Origin: Escherichia coli
GTDB taxonomy: Bacteria; Pseudomonadota; Gammaproteobacteria; Enterobacterales; Enterobacteriaceae
Strand: one strand, 5' to 3'
DNA length: 64,000 nucleotides
Assembly (NCBI RefSeq): GCF_046105845.1
Contig: NZ_CP151004.1
Part shown: positions 44,405-54,863 of the stretch, piece after piece
Position numbering within the stretch: position 1 is the stretch's first letter
How the letters are laid out: every line of letters starts with the position of its first letter
Position numbers and translations under genes: made by a program
The notes under the pieces: generated by a model
Database searches by the model: none
Seen by the model: only the letters and a program-made list of their open reading frames with translations
What the model was told of the DNA's origin: nothing

Positions 44405-45292
44405 ATGTCATCATCCCGTCCGGTGTTCCGCTCGCGCTGGCTGCCCTATTTGCTGGTCGCGCCGCAGCTCATCATCACCGTTATCTTTTTTATCTGGCCT
44501 GCGGGCGAAGCGTTGTGGTACTCGCTGCAAAGCGTCGATCCGTTTGGTTTCTCCAGCCAGTTTGTCGGCCTGGATAACTTCGTCACGCTGTTTCATGACA
44601 GCTACTATCTCGACTCCTTCTGGACGACGATAAAATTCAGCACCTTTGTCACCGTCAGTGGTTTGCTGGTGTCGCTGTTCTTTGCGGCGCTGGTGGAGTA
44701 CATCGTGCGCGGCAGCCGTTTCTATCAAACCTTGATGCTGCTGCCGTATGCCGTGGCTCCCGCCGTTGCCGCCGTATTGTGGATCTTCCTGTTTAACCCT
44801 GGTCGCGGGCTGATCACCCATTTTCTCGCTGAGTTCGGCTACGACTGGAACCACGCGCAAAACAGCGGTCAGGCGATGTTTCTGGTGGTGTTTGCCTCGG
44901 TGTGGAAGCAAATCAGCTACAACTTTCTGTTCTTCTATGCCGCGCTGCAATCCATTCCCCGTTCGTTGATCGAAGCCGCAGCCATCGACGGTGCAGGCCC
45001 GATTCGCCGCTTCTTTAAGATTGCGCTGCCGCTTATCGCTCCGGTGAGTTTCTTCCTGCTGGTGGTGAACCTGGTGTACGCCTTCTTCGACACCTTCCCG
45101 GTGATCGACGCCGCCACGTCCGGCGGGCCGGTTCAGGCCACCACGACGCTGATTTATAAGATTTACCGCGAAGGCTTTACCGGACTGGATCTGGCTTCGT
45201 CTGCCGCGCAGTCGGTGGTGTTGATGTTCCTCGTCATCGTGCTGACGGTGGTGCAGTTCCGCTATGTTGAAAGCAAGGTGCGTTACCAATGA
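44405..45292 (+). CDS. ugpA: sn-glycerol-3-phosphate ABC permease UgpA
   Basis: 295-aa MalF-type permease. Confidence 0.95.
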
Positions 45293-46134
45293 TTGAGAAC
45301 CGTCCGTGGCTGACAATATTCAGCCATACCATGCTGATCCTCGGGATCGCGGTGATCCTCTTCCCGCTGTACGTGGCGTTTGTCGCGGCGACGCTGGATA
45401 AACAGGCCGTCTATGCCGCGCCGATGACGCTCATCCCCGGCACACATCTGCTGGAAAATATCCACAACATCTGGGTTAACGGGGTAGGTACGAATAGTGC
45501 GCCGTTCTGGCGGATGTTGCTTAACAGCTTTGTGATGGCGTTTAGCATTACGCTCGGCAAAATTACCGTCTCGATGCTCTCGGCATTTGCCATTGTCTGG
45601 TTTCGTTTTCCACTACGTAACCTCTTCTTCTGGATGATTTTTATCACTCTGATGTTGCCGGTTGAAGTGCGTATTTTCCCGACGGTGGAAGTCATCGCCA
45701 ACCTGAAGATGCTCGACAGCTACGCCGGTTTAACGCTGCCGCTGATGGCCTCGGCGACCGCCACGTTTCTTTTCCGCCAGTTCTTTATGACGCTGCCGGA
45801 TGAGCTGGTGGAAGCGGCGCGGATCGACGGTGCGTCACCAATGCGCTTCTTTTGCGACATCGTTTTTCCGCTCTCCAAAACTAATCTGGCGGCGCTGTTT
45901 GTGATCACCTTTATTTACGGCTGGAACCAGTATTTGTGGCCGTTGTTGATTATTACCGACGTGGATCTCGGCACCACCGTGGCGGGGATTAAAGGGATGA
46001 TCGCCACTGGCGAAGGCACCACGGAATGGAACTCGGTGATGGCGGCGATGTTGTTAACGCTGATCCCACCAGTAGTGATTGTTTTAGTGATGCAGCGTGC
46101 CTTCGTGCGCGGCCTGGTCGATAGTGAGAAATAA
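45289..46134 (+). CDS. ugpE: sn-glycerol-3-phosphate ABC permease UgpE
   Basis: 281-aa MalG-type permease; 4-bp overlap with ugpA. Confidence 0.95.
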
Positions 46135-46135
46135 G

Positions 46136-47206
46136 ATGGCAGGACTGAAATTACAGGCAGTAACCAAAAGCTGGGATGGCAAAACCCAGGTCATTAAACC
46201 GCTGACCCTTGATGTGGCGGATGGCGAATTTATCGTGATGGTCGGGCCGTCTGGCTGCGGGAAATCGACGTTATTGCGAATGGTGGCCGGACTGGAGCGG
46301 GTGACGGAAGGCGATATCTGGATCAACGACCAGCGGGTGACCGAAATGGAGCCGAAAGATCGCGGGATTGCGATGGTGTTCCAGAACTACGCTCTCTACC
46401 CACATATGAGCGTCGAAGAGAACATGGCGTGGGGGCTGAAAATTCGCGGCATGGGCAAGCAGCAAATTGCCGAACGTGTTAAAGAAGCGGCGCGCATTCT
46501 GGAGCTGGACGGCCTGCTTAAGCGCCGCCCGCGTGAGCTATCTGGCGGTCAGCGTCAGCGTGTGGCGATGGGGCGTGCGATTGTGCGTGAGCCGGCAGTG
46601 TTCCTGTTTGATGAGCCGCTCTCTAACCTCGATGCCAAGTTGCGTGTGCAGATGCGTCTTGAACTGCAACAGCTGCACCGTCGCCTGAAAACGACTTCAC
46701 TCTACGTTACCCACGATCAGGTTGAAGCGATGACGCTCGCCCAGCGAGTAATGGTGATGAACGGCGGCGTTGCCGAACAGATTGGCACGCCAGTTGAAGT
46801 GTACGAAAAGCCCGCCAGCCTGTTTGTGGCGAGTTTTATCGGCAGTCCGGCGATGAATCTGCTGGCAGGGCGTGTGAATAACGAAGGCACGCATTTCGAA
46901 CTGGATGGCGGTATCGCGCTGCCGCTAAACGGTGGCTACCGTCAGTATGCTGGACGTAAAATGACTCTCGGCATTCGCCCGGAACATATAGCGCTAAGCT
47001 CGCAGGCAGAAGGTGGTGTGCCGCTGGTGATGGACACGCTGGAGATCCTCGGCGCAGATAATCTGGCGCACGGACGCTGGGGCGAACAGAAGCTGGTGGT
47101 GCGACTGGCGCATCAGGAGCGCCCGACGGCAGGCAGCACGCTGTGGCTGCATCTGCCGGAAAATCAGCTGCATCTTTTTGATGGTGAAACAGGACAACGA
47201 GTATGA
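46136..47206 (+). CDS. ugpC: sn-glycerol-3-phosphate ABC ATPase UgpC
   Basis: Track ORF 46097..47206; start refined to ATG 46136 ([23 protein letters not shown]...); MalK-like ATPase. Confidence 0.93.
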   Translation: MAGLKLQAVTKSWDGKTQVIKPLTLDVADGEFIVMVGPSGCGKSTLLRMVAGLERVTEGDIWINDQRVTEMEPKDRGIAMVFQNYALYPHMSVEENMAWGLKIRGMGKQQIAERVKEAARILELDGLLKRRPRELSGGQRQRVAMGRAIVREPAVFLFDEPLSNLDAKLRVQMRLELQQLHRRLKTTSLYVTHDQVEAMTLAQRVMVMNGGVAEQIGTPVEVYEKPASLFVASFIGSPAMNLLAGRVNNEGTHFELDGGIALPLNGGYRQYAGRKMTLGIRPEHIALSSQAEGGVPLVMDTLEILGADNLAHGRWGEQKLVVRLAHQERPTAGSTLWLHLPENQLHLFDGETGQRV

Positions 47207-47946
47207 GTAACTGGCCTTATCCCCGCATCGTCGCCCATCGTGGCGGCGGTAAACTGGCCCCGGAAAACACCCTGGCGGCAATCGACGTGGGGGCAAAATA
47301 CGGTCATAAGATGATCGAATTTGACGCGAAGTTATCGAAAGATGGCGAGATCTTCCTGCTCCATGACGACAATCTCGAACGTACCAGCAACGGCTGGGGC
47401 GTCGCGGGTGAACTGAACTGGCAGGATTTACTGCGCGTGGATGCGGGCAGTTGGTACAGCAAAGCGTTTAAAGGTGAGCTGCTGCCGTTGCTTTCGCAGG
47501 TGGCGGAACGCTGTCGCGAACACGGGATGATGGCGAATATCGAAATCAAACCCACCACTGGCACCGGGCCATTAACGGGCAAAACGGTGGCGCTGGCGGC
47601 ACGCGAACTGTGGGCCGATATGACGCCGCCGCTGCTGTCATCGTTTGAGATTGATGCTTTAGAAGCTGCACAACAGGCTGCACCGGAACTGCCGCGCGGT
47701 TTGTTGTTGGATGAGTGGCGCGACGACTGGCGAGAATTGACCGCGCGGCTGGGCTGCGTCTCTATTCATCTCAATCATAAGTTGCTCGATAAAGCGCGAG
47801 TGATACAGTTGAAAGACGCCGGATTACGGATTCTGGTTTATACCGTCAATAAACCCCAGCGCGCGGCAGAGTTGCTGCGCTGGGGCGTGGATTGCATCTG
47901 CACCGATGCGATTGACGTGATTGGTCCGAACTTTACGGCCCAATAG
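47203..47946 (+). CDS. ugpQ: Glycerophosphodiester phosphodiesterase UgpQ
   Basis: 247-aa [26 protein letters not shown] (GDPD motif HRG); 4-bp overlap with ugpC. Confidence 0.95.
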
Positions 47947-48373
47947 TTTTCAACGGAATATCAGGCTGCGGCGTGCTGGGCTGATTCAGCATGTCGCCGT
48001 TTCTCCTCTCCGGCAACATATGCTGCTGATTCAACGAACTATCCGGATTACGGTTGCTGTTTAACATCCCGCCGTTGGTGTTGGGCAGCATTTGCTGCCG
48101 GGCGGGATTTCGCTCCCCCGGCTGTGACTGCAACACCCGCTGAGAATTATTGTTTATCTGGTTTTCTAAATGCTGTTGTTGCAACTGAGTTTGCGTTTTC
48201 AGTTGCTGATTCAGCATCCCTTTTTGCTGGATTTGCTGCGTTTGCATTTGAGTTTGCATCCGCTGCTGGCTGGGGATCTGATATCCCGGTTGGTTGGGGT
48301 TGTTCAGAGTATTAATGGGCTGTGCAAAGCCGACAAACGGCAGGAGTGCCGTAAGAATCAGAAGTCGTTTCAT
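47933..48373 (-). CDS. yhhA: Secreted Gln/Asn-rich low-complexity protein YhhA
   Basis: 146-aa ORF with signal peptide ([17 protein letters not shown]) followed by Q/N-rich repeats; its 3' end overlaps the ugpQ 3' end by 14 bp. Confidence 0.85.
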
Positions 48374-48492
48374 CGCGTATCCTCCTCTGAAGATATTCTT
48401 TAAGTTTACTCCTTTCCTGCAATCATCAGGATTAATTCAGAGTTATATACCAGGCTTAGCTGGGGTTGCCCCTTAATCTCTGGAGAATAACG

Positions 48493-50238
48493 ATGATAAA
48501 ACCGACGTTTTTACGCCGGGTGGCCATTGCTGCTCTGTTCACAGGAAGTTGTTTTAGTACGGTAGCCGCGCCACCTGCGCCGTCTCCTGTTTCTTACGGC
48601 GTGGAGGAAGATGTCTTTCATCCGGTACGCGCGAAACAGGGGATGGTGGCGTCTGTAGATGCTACTGCCACTCAGGTGGGGGTGGATATCCTCAAGGAGG
48701 GCGGGAATGCCGTTGATGCCGCCGTGGCTGTGGGCTACGCGCTGGCGGTAACGCATCCGCAGGCAGGGAATCTGGGCGGTGGTGGTTTTATGCTGATCCG
48801 CTCGAAAAATGGCAATACCACTGCTATCGATTTCCGCGAAATGGCACCCGCCAAAGCGACCCGCGATATGTTCCTTGATGATCAGGGTAACCCGGACAGC
48901 AAAAAATCACTCACTTCGCATCTGGCTTCTGGTACGCCCGGTACGGTAGCAGGTTTCTCGCTGGCGTTGGATAAATACGGCACCATGCCGTTGAACAAAG
49001 TGGTGCAACCGGCGTTTAAACTGGCACGCGATGGTTTTATCGTTAACGACGCGTTGGCTGACGATCTCAAAACCTACGGTAGCGAAGTGCTGCCGAATCA
49101 CGAAAACAGCAAGGCTATCTTCTGGAAAGAGGGCGCGCCGCTGAAAAAGGGCGACAAGCTGGTGCAGGCGAACCTGGCAAAGAGCCTGGAGATGATTGCC
49201 GAAAACGGCCCGGACGAATTCTACAAAGGCACGATAGCGGAACAGATTGCCCAGGAGATGCAGAAAAACGGTGGCTTGATCACTAAAGAAGATTTAGCGG
49301 CGTATAAAGCGGTCGAGCGCACACCAATAAGCGGCGATTATCGCGGGTATCAGGTTTACTCCATGCCACCGCCATCTTCCGGCGGGATTCATATCGTGCA
49401 GATCCTCAATATCCTGGAAAACTTCGATATGCAGAAATACGGCTTTGGCAGCGCCGATGCGATGCAAGTCATGGCAGAAGCGGAGAAATACGCCTACGCC
49501 GACCGCTCGGAATATCTTGGCGACCCGGATTTTGTCAAAGTCCCGTGGCAGGCGCTGACCAATAAAGCCTATGCCAAATCTATTGCCGATCAAATCGATA
49601 TCAATAAAGCGAAGCCATCCAGCGAAATTCGCCCCGGCAAGCTTGCGCCTTATGAGAGTAATCAAACTACCCATTACTCAGTGGTGGATAAAGACGGCAA
49701 CGCGGTAGCGGTGACCTATACGCTGAACACCACCTTCGGTACGGGCATTGTCGCGGGTGATAGCGGTATTCTGCTTAATAACCAGATGGATGATTTCTCC
49801 GCCAAACCTGGCGTACCGAACGTTTACGGGCTGGTGGGCGGTGACGCCAACGCGGTCGGGCCGAATAAACGCCCGCTGTCGTCGATGTCCCCAACCATTG
49901 TGGTGAAAGACGGTAAAACCTGGCTGGTTACCGGTAGCCCTGGCGGGAGCCGGATTATCACCACCGTGCTGCAAATGGTAGTGAATAGTATCGATTATGG
50001 CATGAACGTCGCCGAAGCGACCAATGCGCCGCGTTTCCACCATCAGTGGTTGCCGGACGAGCTGCGTGTCGAAAAAGGGTTTAGCCCGGATACGATCAAG
50101 CTGCTGGAAGCAAAAGGTCAGAAAGTGGCGCTGAAAGAGGCGATGGGTAGTACACAAAGCATTATGGTTGGGCCTGACGGTGAGCTGTACGGTGCATCTG
50201 ACCCGCGCTCGGTAGATGATTTAACGGCGGGGTATTAA
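48493..50238 (+). CDS. ggt: Gamma-glutamyltranspeptidase Ggt
   Basis: Track ORF 48466..50238; start refined to ATG 48493 (MIKPTFLRRVAIAALFTGSCFS signal peptide) with GGAGAA SD; Ntn-hydrolase motifs incl. TTHYSVVD autoprocessing site. Confidence 0.95.
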   Translation: MIKPTFLRRVAIAALFTGSCFSTVAAPPAPSPVSYGVEEDVFHPVRAKQGMVASVDATATQVGVDILKEGGNAVDAAVAVGYALAVTHPQAGNLGGGGFMLIRSKNGNTTAIDFREMAPAKATRDMFLDDQGNPDSKKSLTSHLASGTPGTVAGFSLALDKYGTMPLNKVVQPAFKLARDGFIVNDALADDLKTYGSEVLPNHENSKAIFWKEGAPLKKGDKLVQANLAKSLEMIAENGPDEFYKGTIAEQIAQEMQKNGGLITKEDLAAYKAVERTPISGDYRGYQVYSMPPPSSGGIHIVQILNILENFDMQKYGFGSADAMQVMAEAEKYAYADRSEYLGDPDFVKVPWQALTNKAYAKSIADQIDINKAKPSSEIRPGKLAPYESNQTTHYSVVDKDGNAVAVTYTLNTTFGTGIVAGDSGILLNNQMDDFSAKPGVPNVYGLVGGDANAVGPNKRPLSSMSPTIVVKDGKTWLVTGSPGGSRIITTVLQMVVNSIDYGMNVAEATNAPRFHHQWLPDELRVEKGFSPDTIKLLEAKGQKVALKEAMGSTQSIMVGPDGELYGASDPRSVDDLTAGY

Positions 50239-50242
50239 TATC

Positions 50243-50273
50243 TTAAGCCCTCTCCCGATAGGCGAGGGCTTAA
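50243..50273. terminator. Bidirectional hairpin between convergent ggt and yhhY
   Basis: TTAAGCCCTC-N11-GAGGGCTTAA perfect 10-bp stem in the 60-bp intergenic gap. Confidence 0.6.
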
Positions 50274-50298
50274 ATGACAAACTTAGATTGCAAATTCT

Positions 50299-50787
50299 CT
50301 ATTTCACCCGCGCCATATAATACGCATCGACATATTCACCATTACGTAATGCGTACTTCTTGCCAGTCCCTTCAATCTCAAAGCCGAATTTTTTATAGAC
50401 CTTAATTGCTGGCGCGTTATCGACGAACACCGTTAGCTCAATACGATCTACCCGCAACCAGTTGTCGCACATTTCAATCATCTCTCGCATCAGGGCGCTG
50501 GCGACGCCGCGATTCTTCCAACGGGAGTCGACACAAATACCAAAATCGGCAACATGACTGCGGCGTGGGCGCTGTTGCACGTCAATGGTGAGGTGACCCA
50601 CGACGGTTCCATCAATACAGGCAACTAACTGTTTGATGCCGGGACGATCGGCGAGTCGCTCCTGCCACATATGATCGGAAGGATGAGGCACCTGTAGTGT
50701 GTTGCAATACACCTCCGGCTGGGCGTGAATCTGCCTGATGGCCTCGTAATCGCGCGTTTCAGCATGGCGTATCACTATCTCACTCAT
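50299..50787 (-). CDS. yhhY: GNAT-family N-acetyltransferase YhhY
   Basis: Track ORF 50299..50865; start refined to ATG 50787 (MSEIVIRHAETRDYEAI...). Confidence 0.88.
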   Translation of the reverse strand: MSEIVIRHAETRDYEAIRQIHAQPEVYCNTLQVPHPSDHMWQERLADRPGIKQLVACIDGTVVGHLTIDVQQRPRRSHVADFGICVDSRWKNRGVASALMREMIEMCDNWLRVDRIELTVFVDNAPAIKVYKKFGFEIEGTGKKYALRNGEYVDAYYMARVK

Positions 50788-50887
50788 TCCTTTGTCCTCT
50801 TTGGGGTAAATGTCCCTTTCAACATCATTGACTTTCCAATGCGAGTCAAATGCATTTTTTTGCAAAAAGTGTTGGACAAGTGCGAAT

Positions 50888-50906
50888 GAGAATGATTATT
50901 ATTGTC
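50888..50906 (+). promoter_or_regulatory. Fur box overlapping the ryhB promoter
   Basis: GAGAATGATTATTATTGTC immediately upstream of the RyhB 5' end resembles the Fur consensus GATAATGATAATCATTATC. Confidence 0.7.
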
Positions 50907-50908
50907 TC

Positions 50909-50998
50909 GCGATCAGGAAGACCCTCGCGGAGAACCTGAAAGCACGACATTGCTCACATTGCTTCCAGTATTACTTAGCCAGCCGGGTGCTGGCTTTT
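50909..50998 (+). ncRNA. ryhB: Fur-regulated iron-sparing small RNA RyhB
   Basis: GCGATCAGGAAGACCCTCGCGGAGAACCTGAAAGCACGACATTGCTCACATTGCTTCCAGTATTACTTAGCCAGCCGGGTGCTGGCTTTT matches RyhB; ends in a GC hairpin plus U-tract; Fur-box-like AT-rich sequence immediately upstream. Confidence 0.92.
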
Positions 50999-51119
50999 TT
51001 TTGATCTTTCGTTTTCAATTTATCCACGGGAAGTGCTTGTGTTCGTTATGCGCACTCCAGTAGGAACCACGTCCGCTTTGCGCTAAGGTGTAAATAATCA
51101 CCTTAAAAAGGACGAAATC

Positions 51120-52157
51120 ATGGTCATCAACTGCGCCTTTATTGGCTTCGGCAAAAGCACCACCCGTTACCATCTGCCGTATGTACTTAACCGCAAGGAT
51201 AGCTGGCATGTCGCGCATATTTTTCGCCGCCATGCGAAGCCGGAAGAACAGGCCCCCATTTACTCTCATATCCATTTCACCAGCGATCTCGACGAAGTAC
51301 TAAACGATCCCGATGTTAAGCTGGTTGTGGTCTGCACCCATGCAGACAGCCACTTCGAGTACGCGAAGCGCGCGCTGGAAGCCGGGAAAAATGTGCTGGT
51401 CGAAAAACCGTTCACCCCGACGCTTGCCCAGGCGAAGGAGCTGTTTGCGCTGGCGAAAAGCAAAGGACTGACCGTCACGCCGTATCAGAATCGTCGTTTT
51501 GACTCCTGCTTCCTGACAGCGAAAAAAGCGATTGAAAGTGGCAAGTTGGGAGAGATTGTCGAAGTGGAAAGCCATTTTGACTATTACCGCCCGGTGGCAG
51601 AAACCAAACCTGGGCTGCCGCAGGATGGCGCGTTTTATGGCCTTGGTGTGCATACGATGGACCAGATTATTTCTCTGTTCGGTCGCCCGGATCACGTCGC
51701 TTATGACATCCGCAGCCTGCGTAATAAAGCCAATCCTGACGACACCTTTGAAGCGCAGCTGTTTTATGGCGACCTGAAAGCCATCGTCAAAACCAGCCAT
51801 CTGGTGAAAATCGATTATCCGAAATTTATCGTTCACGGTAAGAAAGGTTCGTTTATTAAATACGGTATCGACCAGCAGGAAACCAGTCTCAAGGCTAATA
51901 TTATGCCGGGCGAACCGGGATTCGCAGCGGATGATTCGGTCGGTGTGCTGGAGTATGTCAATGACGAGGGTGTGACGGTCAGAGAAGAGATGAAGCCGGA
52001 GATGGGCGATTACGGGCGCGTTTATGATGCGTTGTATCAAACCATCACCAACGGTGCGCCAAATTACGTCAAGGAATCTGAAGTTCTTACCAATCTGGAA
52101 ATCCTTGAACGCGGATTTGAGCAAGCCTCTCCCTCCACAGTGACTCTCGCGAAGTAA
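51120..52157 (+). CDS. yhhX: Gfo/Idh/MocA-family NAD(P)-dependent oxidoreductase YhhX
   Basis: 345-aa ORF MVINCAFIGFGKSTTRYHLP (Rossmann N-terminus). Confidence 0.92.
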   Translation: MVINCAFIGFGKSTTRYHLPYVLNRKDSWHVAHIFRRHAKPEEQAPIYSHIHFTSDLDEVLNDPDVKLVVVCTHADSHFEYAKRALEAGKNVLVEKPFTPTLAQAKELFALAKSKGLTVTPYQNRRFDSCFLTAKKAIESGKLGEIVEVESHFDYYRPVAETKPGLPQDGAFYGLGVHTMDQIISLFGRPDHVAYDIRSLRNKANPDDTFEAQLFYGDLKAIVKTSHLVKIDYPKFIVHGKKGSFIKYGIDQQETSLKANIMPGEPGFAADDSVGVLEYVNDEGVTVREEMKPEMGDYGRVYDALYQTITNGAPNYVKESEVLTNLEILERGFEQASPSTVTLAK

Positions 52158-52165
52158 GTTTGATG

Positions 52166-52200
52166 GCCCCTCGAATAGTTCAATTTTTTTGAACAGAGGG
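52166..52200 (+). terminator. Hairpin downstream of yhhX
   Basis: CCCCTC...GTTCAA-TTTTTTT-GAAC...GAGGGG imperfect stem-loop followed by TCAATTTT. Confidence 0.45.
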
Positions 52201-52279
52201 GTCAATTTTCACCCTCTATCATCCCAGGCAGATCGGGTCCACACTAAGCCCATCGAAAACATTCAGGGGGCGAATACAA

Positions 52280-52975
52280 ATGATCTACTTACGCAAAGCA
52301 AATGAACGTGGTCATGCAAATCATGGCTGGCTGGACTCCTGGCATACTTTCTCTTTTGCCAACTATTACGATCCGAACTTTATGGGCTTCTCCGCGCTGC
52401 GCGTGATTAACGACGACGTGATTGAAGCAGGGCAGGGCTTCGGCACTCACCCGCATAAAGATATGGAAATTTTGACCTACGTGCTGGAAGGTACTGTTGA
52501 GCATCAGGACAGCATGGGCAATAAAGAGCAGGTTCCGGCGGGTGAGTTCCAGATTATGAGTGCGGGTACGGGTATTCGTCACTCAGAGTACAACCCAAGC
52601 AGCACCGAGCGTCTGCATCTGTATCAGATCTGGATCATGCCTGAAGAAAACGGTATTACGCCGCGTTATGAACAGCGTCGCTTCGATGCCGTACAGGGCA
52701 AACAGCTGGTGCTCTCGCCGGATGCGCGAGATGGTTCGCTGAAAGTGCATCAGGATATGGAACTGTATCGTTGGGCATTGCTGAAAGATGAGCAGTCGGT
52801 GCATCAGATTGCCGCTGAACGCCGCGTCTGGATCCAGGTGGTGAAAGGCAATGTCACCATTAACGGCGTGAAAGCCTCGACCAGCGATGGTCTGGCAATC
52901 TGGGATGAGCAGGCAATCTCCATCCATGCGGATAGCGACAGCGAAGTGTTACTGTTCGATCTGCCGCCGGTTTAA
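52280..52975 (+). CDS. yhhW: Pirin-like quercetin 2,3-dioxygenase YhhW
   Basis: 231-aa cupin-fold ORF with HPHKDMEI metal-binding motif. Confidence 0.92.
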   Translation: MIYLRKANERGHANHGWLDSWHTFSFANYYDPNFMGFSALRVINDDVIEAGQGFGTHPHKDMEILTYVLEGTVEHQDSMGNKEQVPAGEFQIMSAGTGIRHSEYNPSSTERLHLYQIWIMPEENGITPRYEQRRFDAVQGKQLVLSPDARDGSLKVHQDMELYRWALLKDEQSVHQIAAERRVWIQVVKGNVTINGVKASTSDGLAIWDEQAISIHADSDSEVLLFDLPPV

Positions 52976-53198
52976 AACTCAACGGCATCTTTGAAGCCTG
53001 CCTTTTTGCAGGCTTCCTCGCTCGCTCCGGTCGCGTGCTGATGTACGCTTCCGGGGTTTTGCCGCGTCGTTAGCACAATGCGATGCAATTGATTTAGTGT
53101 ATATCTAATAATTGTAAACAAGCACTGTTTTCCCCGGGAAGGTTCTGATGCGTCCGTGTTAAACTAAGAGAATCTATCTCTTTTGTACCTTCAGGACG

Positions 53199-54194
53199 AT
53201 GAAAAAGAAAAGACCCGTACTTCAGGATGTGGCTGACCGTGTAGGCGTGACCAAAATGACGGTCAGCCGCTTTTTGCGTAACCCGGAGCAGGTTTCCGTC
53301 GCTCTACGCGGCAAGATTGCCGCCGCTCTTGATGAACTGGGTTATATTCCCAATCGCGCACCCGATATCCTCTCTAACGCCACCAGCCGGGCGATTGGCG
53401 TCCTGTTACCTTCTCTCACCAACCAGGTTTTTGCGGAAGTATTACGCGGAATCGAAAGCGTCACCGACGCGCACGGTTATCAGACCATGCTGGCCCACTA
53501 CGGTTATAAACCGGAAATGGAGCAAGAACGCCTCGAATCCATGCTCTCCTGGAATATCGACGGCCTGATCCTCACTGAACGTACGCACACGCCGCGCACC
53601 TTAAAGATGATTGAAGTGGCGGGGATTCCGGTGGTGGAGTTGATGGACAGCAAGTCGCCGTGCCTCGATATTGCCGTCGGTTTTGATAACTTTGAAGCGG
53701 CACGCCAGATGACCACCGCCATTATTGCTCGCGGGCATCGCCACATTGCCTATCTCGGCGCACGTCTCGACGAACGTACTATCATCAAACAGAAGGGATA
53801 CGAACAGGCGATGCTGGATGCAGGCTTGGTGCCGTATAGCGTGATGGTTGAGCAATCTTCTTCTTACTCTTCCGGTATTGAACTGATTCGCCAGGCGAGG
53901 CGGGAATATCCGCAGCTGGATGGCGTGTTCTGTACTAATGATGACCTGGCGGTCGGCGCGGCGTTTGAATGTCAGCGTCTGGGGTTAAAAGTTCCTGACG
54001 ATATGGCGATTGCCGGTTTCCACGGTCATGACATTGGTCAGGTGATGGAACCACGGTTGGCGAGCGTACTGACGCCGCGTGAGCGGATGGGCAGTATTGG
54101 CGCTGAACGCCTGCTGGCGCGTATTCGTGGCGAATCTGTGACACCGAAAATGTTAGATTTAGGTTTCACCTTGTCACCGGGCGGATCTATTTAA
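53199..54194 (+). CDS. gntR: Gluconate repressor GntR (LacI family)
   Basis: 331-aa ORF with N-terminal LacI-type HTH (VLQDVADRVGVTKMTVSRFLRN). Confidence 0.95.
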   Translation: MKKKRPVLQDVADRVGVTKMTVSRFLRNPEQVSVALRGKIAAALDELGYIPNRAPDILSNATSRAIGVLLPSLTNQVFAEVLRGIESVTDAHGYQTMLAHYGYKPEMEQERLESMLSWNIDGLILTERTHTPRTLKMIEVAGIPVVELMDSKSPCLDIAVGFDNFEAARQMTTAIIARGHRHIAYLGARLDERTIIKQKGYEQAMLDAGLVPYSVMVEQSSSYSSGIELIRQARREYPQLDGVFCTNDDLAVGAAFECQRLGLKVPDDMAIAGFHGHDIGQVMEPRLASVLTPRERMGSIGAERLLARIRGESVTPKMLDLGFTLSPGGSI

Positions 54195-54273
54195 GCCCAC
54201 AAATTTGAAGTAGCTCACACTTATACACTTAAGGCACGGATGGATATTGCTTCTGATATTGTCCGGCCGGAGA

Positions 54274-54302
54274 ATGTTACCGATAACAGTTACCCGTAAC
54301 AT
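54274..54302. promoter_or_regulatory. Tandem GntR operator-like palindromes upstream of gntK
   Basis: ATGTTACCGATAACAG and GTTACCCGTAACAT (LacI-family type dyads) 30-60 bp upstream of the gntK start. Confidence 0.65.
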
Positions 54303-54332
54303 TTTTAATTCTTGTATTGTGGGGGCACCACT

Positions 54333-54860
54333 TTGAGCACGACTAACCATGATCACCACATTTACGTCTTGATGGGCGTATCGGGCAGCGGCAAATCTGC
54401 GGTCGCAAGTGAAGTGGCGCATCAACTTCATGCCGCGTTTCTTGATGGCGATTTCCTCCATCCACGGCGCAATATCGAAAAAATGGCGTCTGGCGAACCG
54501 CTGAATGACGACGATCGCAAACCGTGGTTGCAGGCGCTGAACGACGCCGCGTTTGCTATGCAGCGCACTAATAAAGTGTCGCTGATCGTCTGTTCTGCAT
54601 TGAAAAAACACTATCGCGACTTGCTGCGTGAAGGTAATCCGAATCTCTCTTTCATCTACCTGAAAGGCGATTTTGATGTGATTGAAAGCCGCCTGAAAGC
54701 GCGCAAAGGCCATTTCTTTAAAACCCAAATGTTGGTGACGCAGTTTGAAACGCTGCAGGAGCCGGGTGCGGACGAAACCGATGTACTGGTGGTGGATATC
54801 GATCAACCGCTGGAAGGTGTTGTGGCAAGCACCATTGAGGTTATTAAAAAAGGCAAATAA
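54333..54860 (+). CDS. gntK: Thermoresistant gluconokinase GntK
   Basis: Track ORF 54312..54860; start refined to in-frame TTG 54333 giving (M)STTNHDHHIYVLMGVSGSGKS (P-loop). Confidence 0.9.
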   Translation: MSTTNHDHHIYVLMGVSGSGKSAVASEVAHQLHAAFLDGDFLHPRRNIEKMASGEPLNDDDRKPWLQALNDAAFAMQRTNKVSLIVCSALKKHYRDLLREGNPNLSFIYLKGDFDVIESRLKARKGHFFKTQMLVTQFETLQEPGADETDVLVVDIDQPLEGVVASTIEVIKKGK

Positions 54861-54863
54861 GTA

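Noticed and set aside
44108-44577. 89-aa and 94-aa ORFs spanning the ugpB-ugpA intergenic region
   Set aside because: These are translations of the GC-rich inverted repeats; the real ugpA starts at 44405.
47933-48373. Q/N-rich repetitive stretch suggesting a repeat element or prion-like insertion
   Set aside because: It is the coding sequence of the secreted low-complexity protein YhhA, a conserved E. coli gene with a signal peptide.
50810-51004. 64-aa ORF from the six-frame track
   Set aside because: It overlaps the RyhB sRNA and its terminator; the region is non-coding.
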